Below, in pieces: positions 1 through 5,082 of a stretch of 18,846 nucleotides of DNA (the stretch's first letter is position 1; every line of letters begins with the position of its first letter). The position numbers and the translations under genes were made by a program. Source of the stretch: a virus (taxonomy: Duplodnaviria > Heunggongvirae > Uroviricota > Caudoviricetes); IMG/VR virus record IMGVR_UViG_3300032954_000003, positions 1-18,846 of that record; one strand, written 5' to 3'. The notes under the pieces are model-generated. The model had not been told where the DNA came from, made no database searches, and saw only the letters and a program-made list of their open reading frames with translations.

Positions 1-1
1 G

Positions 2-316
2 TCAACAATTAACCCTAACCGCTCAAAACCTGCCTCGGCAACCGCACGAGGCTACGGAACACATCATCGGGCGTTGCGTCGGTGTTTGGATCGTAAGGTA
101 AAAGCGGGCGAAGCCTACTGTTGCAGGTGCTTCCGGTGGATCGACCCAAATGACCCAGATGGTTGGCACCTAGATCATGCAGATGACCGTCAAGGGTATA
201 ACGGAACCGCGCATGCTCAATGTAATGTAAAAGCTGGTTCGCGGAAGGGTTTGCGTAACCGGAGACGCAAAGCTCAAATGCGAGCAGCGTTGAAGCGCAA
301 TTCGCGTAAGTGGTAG
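2..316 (+). CDS. HNH endonuclease, small phage type (5'-partial)
   Basis: The frame is open from base 2: ...TARGYGTHHRALRR-C..CCRC..WHLDH..GTAHAQCN. The RGYG..H..R lead-in plus CxxC and DH...H..CN are typical of small phage HNH proteins. Confidence 0.8.
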   Translation, partial: STINPNRSKPASATARGYGTHHRALRRCLDRKVKAGEAYCCRCFRWIDPNDPDGWHLDHADDRQGYNGTAHAQCNVKAGSRKGLRNRRRKAQMRAALKRNSRKW

Positions 317-1273
317 CTAGTTGCTCCAGCTAGCTACGACCTGTTCAATATGTGCGGCCGATAACAAAGAGTTGCTACGGATTGTGTTGCAGTAGTGATG
401 GGCTAATGCAACGTTCTGCCGTTGATGCAAACCGCCACGCGATAATGGGACAAGGTGGTCTAGTGACCAATCCCTGCGATGCACTAGCTTGCCGCAAAGG
501 TGGCATCGCCAGCCGTCGCGGTTAGCTATGTCTAAATGACTAATCGATTCGCGGTAACCGAACGCTTTGATGCGCTTACTAAGCGAACGCGAGGTTCGGT
601 AATAACGTTTGCAGCATATCCTGGAACAAAAGGTCTTACGAGGTTGCCCTTGTCGTGGCGAGCGTGTAGGTTCAAAGGTAACGCCGCAATTATGACAGAC
701 TACTGTGGTGGGCAGAGGCTTCAGTTCTTCGGAACGTCTCCCGTACCAGTAATAAGGGTTGGCGGGTGCCAGATCCTTGCATTGTTTGCAGATTTTGCCG
801 GTAGGGCTGCGACTAATGAATTGCTTCCCGCATCCGATACAGTCAACCCAATATAAGGTACATGCAGCGCCGTAAGCGATAGGGAACCGAAATGGCGGTA
901 ATGTACCTGTGATGTAGCGTCTTAGTTTTGCGCCGCAAGCGCGGCTGCAAGTGCGTTGGGTCTCGCCGGAGCGCGCACGAGGTCGAAATCGTTTACCGCA
1001 TATCTCACAGATCCTTCCTCGGCAGTTATCACACTTTGGTCTGCCACACGGTTTACCGGGAAGTAAAGCCCCACAGTCGCTACATTGGGCTAGCTTACAA
1101 CTATTAGGCGTGATGCTAGGTTCGGGTGGTGTCCAGCTAATACCCGTGGCATCTCGCTCGGCCCGTCTCTGTTTTTGTGCTCGGCGTTGACAGCGTGAGC
1201 TGCAATATGCACGAGGTCTGCCCTTGCGAGGTCCGCGTTGAATTATTAAAACACCACATGCTAAGCACAGCAT
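317..1273 (-). CDS. Multi-zinc-finger protein with C-terminal HNH endonuclease domain
   Basis: It has repeated CxxC and CSxxC motifs. The C-terminus reads RDGWRCHLCG..WSLDHLVPLSRGGLH..NVALAHHYCN, a classic HNH core. Confidence 0.85.
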   Translation of the reverse strand: MLCLACGVLIIQRGPRKGRPRAYCSSRCQRRAQKQRRAERDATGISWTPPEPSITPNSCKLAQCSDCGALLPGKPCGRPKCDNCRGRICEICGKRFRPRARSGETQRTCSRACGAKLRRYITGTLPPFRFPIAYGAACTLYWVDCIGCGKQFISRSPTGKICKQCKDLAPANPYYWYGRRSEELKPLPTTVVCHNCGVTFEPTRSPRQGQPRKTFCSRICCKRYYRTSRSLSKRIKAFGYRESISHLDIANRDGWRCHLCGKLVHRRDWSLDHLVPLSRGGLHQRQNVALAHHYCNTIRSNSLLSAAHIEQVVASWSN

Positions 1274-1315
1274 AGTCTACAATTTTACTAGCGTTGGTGG
1301 CGGTAGGAGGTCAAT

Positions 1316-2329
1316 ATGCGTCGGATCTTAGTTGGAGCCATGACATTGCTGTTAGGAGTAGGTACAGCAACGGCAATAGCACGTAGCGGCAGACATCATC
1401 GAACACACACAACTACCAGCACGACAACTACAACTAAAACCGCAACTTCCACCACTACATCCTCTACAACCACCGCCACTACAACAACAACCACCTCAAC
1501 GGTAACAGGCGCTTATGATCCAACGGTGCTAGCAGGTAGCCCTGTGGCGCTCTGGGATGGCGCTACAGACGTATCAGGGCACGGACATAACGGAACGTAT
1601 AAGGGTGGTACACCAACGCTCACAACGCTTCCGAACGGCGAATCTGCACCGGACTTTACAGGACACGAGTACCTCACTGTCCCTAATAGCTCAGTATTCT
1701 CGATCCCTACTACTGGTCAACTTACATGGGAGGCATGGATACGGCCGGACGTTTTGCAGTTCAGCTCTGCAAGTGACCCCGACAATCAAGGGTACATTGA
1801 CTGGATGGGTAAATGTCAGGAATACTCACCTAGTTGTGAGTGGCAGGCACGGATGTACAGCAGCGTTAATGAAGAAGGTCGCTGTAACCGCCTTAGTGCT
1901 TACGTGTTCAATCCAGGCGCAGGCCTCGGCAGTGGTGCCGATTGGCAGCCAAAATGTAACCTACTACGCGCTGGACAATGGCTGTACGTTGTAGGTGAGT
2001 ATCAGACGCTTACTACACCTTCTCAGTGCAATAGCTCTTACCCTGGAACTATCAACATCTGGGTGAACGGAGTCCCGTGGGATGTGGCGGAACATTATCC
2101 GACAGGTTGTATGAGCCAATACAAGATCAAACCTAAAGCAGGCAGCTCATCATTCGATATCGGCACAATGGCTTTGGATAGCTGGTTCCCAGGAGCTATC
2201 GCCAAGGTCGCCATCTACAACTACCTCCTAAGTACCGAACAGATACGCACCCATTTCACCGCTATGACAGGAGCTACACCATCGGGAGAATGCAAGGCTA
2301 CATGTACGATTCCTGTCCCTACGCCGTAG
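1316..2329 (+). CDS. Secreted-type protein: signal peptide, Thr-rich linker, LamG/concanavalin A-like domain
   Basis: SD AGGAGG at 1305-1310. A hydrophobic N-terminus is followed by a poly-Thr linker. LamG-like motifs are D.SGHGHNGTY, LTWEAWIRP, QWLYVVG, INIWVNG and FPGAIAKVAIYNYLLS..QI..HF. Confidence 0.8.
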   Translation: MRRILVGAMTLLLGVGTATAIARSGRHHRTHTTTSTTTTTKTATSTTTSSTTTATTTTTTSTVTGAYDPTVLAGSPVALWDGATDVSGHGHNGTYKGGTPTLTTLPNGESAPDFTGHEYLTVPNSSVFSIPTTGQLTWEAWIRPDVLQFSSASDPDNQGYIDWMGKCQEYSPSCEWQARMYSSVNEEGRCNRLSAYVFNPGAGLGSGADWQPKCNLLRAGQWLYVVGEYQTLTTPSQCNSSYPGTINIWVNGVPWDVAEHYPTGCMSQYKIKPKAGSSSFDIGTMALDSWFPGAIAKVAIYNYLLSTEQIRTHFTAMTGATPSGECKATCTIPVPTP

Positions 2330-2341
2330 TATGATTACTGA

Positions 2342-2587
2342 ATGAATCAAAAGGAATACGAAAAACACCTCAAGCAGTTAGCTGAAAAACCTCAACTCAT
2401 AGGACCGATGCGTCGTGCATGGATCTGCACCTCTCAAAGCCATGATCCAGATAGGCGAGGCATACCGTACCGAGTGTTCCTAACAAGTGAGCCTCAGGAC
2501 TACATACCAACTTGTCCTGAGCACGGGAAAACAATGAAGCGTCAGATCAACCAACCATATATGGGTAAGTTAGTTCCAACCGTTTAG
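2342..2587 (+). CDS. Hypothetical protein, possible zinc ribbon
   Basis: It follows the LamG gene closely and carries CTSQSH and CPEH motifs. Confidence 0.6.
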   Translation: MNQKEYEKHLKQLAEKPQLIGPMRRAWICTSQSHDPDRRGIPYRVFLTSEPQDYIPTCPEHGKTMKRQINQPYMGKLVPTV

Positions 2588-2608
2588 CCGCATTTTGCGG
2601 GCTCGTGC

Positions 2609-2637
2609 TTGCGCTAGGCGTACCGATGCGCTAATAT
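2609..2637 (+). promoter_or_regulatory. Sigma70-type promoter of tRNA cluster 1
   Basis: TTGCGC (2609-2614), 17 nt, TAATAT (2632-2637). A near-copy sits at 4110-4138. Confidence 0.7.
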
Positions 2638-2644
2638 GCCGATC

Positions 2645-2686
2645 GCATCCGTTAGCCGTTTCCTCACTTGTCAGCTAGCGGATGCA
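2645..2686 (+). ncRNA. Leader hairpin RNA X0 (12-bp stem)
   Basis: GCATCCGTTAGC (2645-2656) pairs fully with GCTAGCGGATGC (2674-2685), with one G-U. It begins at the predicted transcription start. Confidence 0.45.
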
Positions 2687-2690
2687 ACTA

Positions 2691-2762
2691 GCACCTGTAG
2701 CTCAGTGGACAGAGCATCGGTCTACGGAACCGAAGACAGAGGTTCGAGTCCTCTCGGGTGTA
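2691..2762 (+). tRNA. tRNA-Arg(ACG)
   Basis: Full cloverleaf: acceptor GCACCTG/CGGGTGT, anticodon arm TCGGT-CT ACG GA-ACCGA, T arm AGAGG-TTCGAGT-CCTCT. Confidence 0.95.
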
Positions 2763-2764
2763 CT

Positions 2765-2832
2765 GGACAGGATGGTAGTCACTGCCTGGTCTCCACCACC
2801 AAGGGAAGTCGCTGAACCAGCCATCCTGTCCA
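2765..2832 (+). ncRNA. Structured tRNA-like RNA X1 (degenerate, CCA anticodon-like loop)
   Basis: Perfect terminal inverted repeat GGACAGGATGG/CCATCCTGTCC. An internal hairpin TGGT-CT CCA CC-ACCA is present, but there is no TTC T-loop. Confidence 0.5.
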
Positions 2833-2837
2833 ATTTT

Positions 2838-2911
2838 GCCCATATAGCTCAGCTCGGTAGAGCGCTGCGTTGAAGGCGCAGGCGGCGGTGGTTCAAATCC
2901 ATCTGTGGGCA
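2838..2911 (+). tRNA. tRNA-Phe(GAA)
   Basis: Acceptor GCCCATA/TGTGGGC, anticodon arm CTGCG-TT GAA GG-CGCAG, T loop TTCAAAT. Position 37 is G. Confidence 0.93.
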
Positions 2912-2912
2912 C

Positions 2913-3034
2913 TCGGCCTTAGCTCAGTGTATATCCATAAAGAGCTGCGAAGAAGCGGGTACGGGTAGCGGTGTACAACGTCCGGCCCATGATGAATCGT
3001 GTGTCGCCACTCGTTGGGCAAGTGGCAGGTCGAG
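2913..3034 (+). ncRNA. Enlarged tRNA-shaped RNA X2 (122 nt)
   Basis: 7-bp acceptor-like stem TCGGCCT/AGGTCGA, then TA at positions 8-9. D stem GCTC/GAGC with a 16-nt loop. T-position hairpin GCCACT/AGTGGC lacks TTC. Confidence 0.5.
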
Positions 3035-3037
3035 CCC

Positions 3038-3113
3038 GCCCGAATAGCTCATGCTGGCCGAGCACTCTTGTCTTGTAAACAAGAGATCGCAGGTTCGATT
3101 CCTGTTTCGGGCT
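3038..3113 (+). tRNA. tRNA-Thr(TGT) with 7-bp anticodon stem
   Basis: Acceptor GCCCGAA/TTCGGGC, anticodon arm CTCTTGT-CT TGT AA-ACAAGAG, T arm GCAGG-TTCGATT-CCTGT. Confidence 0.88.
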
Positions 3114-3115
3114 CT

Positions 3116-3193
3116 GGCGTCGGTGTTTATCGCTAAGGTGTGTCGTTTAGGCGTACGACGCGCTGGCTGCGTGTTCAGGGAGCACCGACGCCA
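3116..3193 (+). ncRNA. Structured RNA X3 (long terminal stem plus 9-bp internal hairpin)
   Basis: GGCGTCGGTG pairs with CACCGACGCC, extendable with G-U. Internal hairpin GTGTGTCGT-TTAGGCGT-ACGACGCGC. A GTTCA motif lies at the T-loop position. Confidence 0.5.
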
Positions 3194-3197
3194 ACAA

Positions 3198-3271
3198 GCC
3201 CCTGTTGCCTAACTGGAAAAGGCCACGGTGTTCTAAGCCGTTGCATGAGGGTTCGAATCCTTCCAGGGGTA
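3198..3271 (+). tRNA. tRNA-Arg(TCT)
   Basis: Acceptor GCCCCTG/CAGGGGT, anticodon arm ACGGT-GT TCT AA-GCCGT, T arm GAGGG-TTCGAAT-CCTTC. Confidence 0.93.
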
Positions 3272-3273
3272 CT

Positions 3274-3347
3274 GGGTCCGATGCCGAAGTGGTCGAGGCT
3301 CCTGTTTGTGGAACAGGCACAAGGGGATTCGAGTTCCCCCGGACCCC
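3274..3347 (+). tRNA. tRNA-His(GTG)
   Basis: Acceptor GGGTCCG/CGGACCC with discriminator C, anticodon arm CCTGT-TT GTG GA-ACAGG, T arm GGGGA-TTCGAGT-TCCCC. Confidence 0.9.
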
Positions 3348-3372
3348 TTTGTGGCACGCAATTGAAATACGC

Positions 3373-3552
3373 ATGACTAAGTGGGTGACCATCGGCTGGT
3401 CAGCTACACCGATCTGGGTCGATGACGATTCGTGTCAGTTCGAAAGCTGGAGCGTGTGGCGTCCAACAGCGAAGATGGCAGATAAGGCGGCGCAACGCAA
3501 GATAGCTCGCCAGATTCGCAGACGTGAACGATGCTACAACGTCAAGCTGTAA
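3373..3552 (+). CDS. Hypothetical protein (59 aa)
   Basis: MTKWVTIGW...ERCYNVKL has coding-like GC3 and stops 3 nt before the next ATG. No SD is visible. Confidence 0.45.
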   Translation: MTKWVTIGWSATPIWVDDDSCQFESWSVWRPTAKMADKAAQRKIARQIRRRERCYNVKL

Positions 3553-3555
3553 TCG

Positions 3556-3873
3556 ATGTACATAAAACAACCGCTAAAGGACGCTGTTGACGAGGTGCTT
3601 GAGATCCTCGGTCTACCATCGAACGAGTGGAAGGATAGAGAGTACGCTAAGCGCGTCAAACGAGACGAGAAGACAGCAGGAATGCAGTATGAGATGGACG
3701 AGTCAATCTACATACTGCGCGCTGCGCTCGGACAGCCGGTCCCACGTTTGCGTTGTAAGGTGTGCGAGGCGCGGGATGCGATCTATTGGGAGAGCGAGCC
3801 CAAAGATCCAAGCAAGGCGCCAAAAGGACAACCCAGAAAACAAGCATTGGTGTCATCAATGCGGGACGCTTGA
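3556..3873 (+). CDS. Hypothetical protein; may continue in the +1 frame to 3910
   Basis: The translation is protein-like and includes CKVC. A second CxxC (WCHQCG) lies in the +1 frame just downstream. Confidence 0.6.
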   Translation: MYIKQPLKDAVDEVLEILGLPSNEWKDREYAKRVKRDEKTAGMQYEMDESIYILRAALGQPVPRLRCKVCEARDAIYWESEPKDPSKAPKGQPRKQALVSSMRDA

Positions 3874-3968
3874 TCCGCCACAAGAGTGGATAAACGAGGT
3901 TGTTGAATGAGTGTGTGCGAATGCCACGGCCTAGTAAGGTACGAATGCCCAGATAGGGAGGCACCAGT

Positions 3969-4118
3969 GTGTTCTACTTACCAGAGGGTGATGCTAAGGC
4001 TGCACATGATGCCCTGAGTGCTATTAGGTTGTGCCTGCGTCACCAAACTATCTCACCGCAAGAGGCTGAGGACTGGCGACGCTTAGCAATGACTCGTATC
4101 GGCGAAGGCTTGCACTAG
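3969..4118 (+). CDS. Hypothetical protein (49 aa)
   Basis: SD GGGAGG, then GTG. It translates MFYLPEGDAKAAHDALSAIRLCLRHQTISPQEAEDWRRLAMTRIGEGLH and is too short for the ORF track. Confidence 0.55.
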   Translation: MFYLPEGDAKAAHDALSAIRLCLRHQTISPQEAEDWRRLAMTRIGEGLH

Positions 4119-4138
4119 TCGGCGCGATGCGATAAGAT
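4110..4138 (+). promoter_or_regulatory. Sigma70-type promoter of tRNA cluster 2
   Basis: TTGCAC (4110-4115), 17 nt, TAAGAT (4133-4138). The spacer shares TAG.CG..C.GATGCG with the 2609 promoter. Confidence 0.7.
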
Positions 4139-4145
4139 AGCTAGC

Positions 4146-4244
4146 GCGTCTGTAGCTCAGTGGTAAACCTGAACCTTCGGGGTCAGAAAGAGCGCCGGTC
4201 TTTCAAACCGGAGGCCGCGGGTTCGAACCCCGTCAGACGCACCA
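4146..4244 (+). tRNA. tRNA-Glu(TTC) with an extra hairpin in the D-loop; CCA encoded
   Basis: Acceptor GCGTCTG/CAGACGC-A-CCA, anticodon arm CCGGT-CT TTC AA-ACCGG, T loop TTCGAAC. The D loop is 31 nt and contains CTGAACC-TTCG-GGGTCAG. Confidence 0.85.
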
Positions 4245-4245
4245 A

Positions 4246-4320
4246 GCCCGTATAGCGTAGCTGGCCTAACGCACTTCCCTGTCGAGGAAGGGACCGTGGG
4301 TTCGAATCCCACTGCGGGCG
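4246..4320 (+). tRNA. tRNA-Asp(GTC)
   Basis: Acceptor GCCCGTA/TGCGGGC with discriminator G, anticodon arm CTTCC-CT GTC GA-GGAAG, T arm GTGGG-TTCGAAT-CCCAC. Confidence 0.95.
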
Positions 4321-4322
4321 CT

Positions 4323-4467
4323 GCATCGTTGAGGTTAGCGTAAGTAGTGCATCTAGCGCAAGGGTTGGTACAGCATCGGTACGTAACTAGTGAGTGCCGA
4401 TGCGCGGGATGAGCAACAGGGGCCAACACGGTTATGCACCCCAAAGGGCTCATTGTGTAAACGATGC
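4323..4467 (+). ncRNA. Multibranched structured RNA X4 (145 nt)
   Basis: Terminal stem GCATCGTT/AACGATGC. A 10-bp hairpin joins 4373-4382 and 4394-4403. ATGAGC/GCTCAT encloses GGGG/CCCC. The element exactly fills the gap between two tRNAs. Confidence 0.55.
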
Positions 4468-4473
4468 CAACAA

Positions 4474-4546
4474 GGCCCTATCGTCTAACGGCACAGGACG
4501 CCGACCTCTCCAGTCGGTAATCGGAGTTCGACTCTCCGTAGGGCTA
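4474..4546 (+). tRNA. tRNA-Glu(CTC)
   Basis: Acceptor GGCCCTA/TAGGGCT, anticodon arm CCGAC-CT CTC CA-GTCGG (C at 37), T arm CGGAG-TTCGACT-CTCCG. Confidence 0.92.
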
Positions 4547-4550
4547 CTCA

Positions 4551-5015
4551 ATGAAAGTTGCAGTTAGTGGACCTGTTGATCCTAAGCGCCCACGCGGTGC
4601 TTCTAGTGCTGCGCAACTTGTAAAGGATACACTGTCCTTTTTGGCAGCGGGGCATGATGAGCTGTACAGCGGATCAGCGCACGGCATAGATTCGTACGCC
4701 GTATTAGCGGCACGGGACTATAATGCTCGTGTCACTTTGGTTGTCCCAGAAGGAAATTGGTATAACCGAGAAGCTGAGGGTGATGCGACAATTGTTGTAC
4801 CTGCTCGCAGTAGCAGTGCGGCTACGTACATGGCACGTAATTTCAAATTAGCCGAGCTTGCCGACGTGCTGTATGCATTTCCGCAGACAGAAAACGAGGA
4901 GCAGCGATCCGGTACATGGGCCACTATCCGGCGCTTTCAAGCTTTTGGGAAATCCGTGTGGATAACTCCACTCGATGGTAGTGAACCTCACTGCTTAGTT
5001 AGACGGACTGTCTAG
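4551..5015 (+). CDS. SLOG-superfamily (DprA/YspA-like Rossmann) nucleotide-binding protein
   Basis: Motifs VAVSG, LYSGSAHGIDSYA, ARN..LAELADVLYAFP and SGTWATIRR match the SLOG pattern. Confidence 0.75.
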   Translation: MKVAVSGPVDPKRPRGASSAAQLVKDTLSFLAAGHDELYSGSAHGIDSYAVLAARDYNARVTLVVPEGNWYNREAEGDATIVVPARSSSAATYMARNFKLAELADVLYAFPQTENEEQRSGTWATIRRFQAFGKSVWITPLDGSEPHCLVRRTV

Positions 5016-5082
5016 CTAGCTAGATAACGACTGACACGAGAGCCTGCCTTAGAGCGGGTGTTTTGTGCTGAAAGGGGTCGGT

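Noticed and set aside
1187-1192. Perfect TTGACA as a promoter
   Set aside because: There is no -10 hexamer at 16-18 nt spacing, and it lies inside a coding region.
2913-3034. tmRNA or tRNA-Sec identity for X2
   Set aside because: It is too short for tmRNA and has no tag ORF or G3-U70 Ala end. It has no TCA anticodon loop.
2682-3392. ORF-track ORFs over tRNA cluster 1, and 4157-4453 over cluster 2
   Set aside because: They are read-through of tRNA/ncRNA sequence with no protein-like content.
3367-3457. Degenerate long-variable-arm tRNA (GTTCGAAA motif, ATACGC/GCGTGT ends)
   Set aside because: The stems are incomplete, and the region reads well as the CDS 3373-3552.
5012-5023. CTAGCTAGCTAG run and frequent CTAG sites as a signal
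   Set aside because: A rough count in the left half is near random expectation. This shows a lack of avoidance only and needs a proper tetranucleotide analysis.
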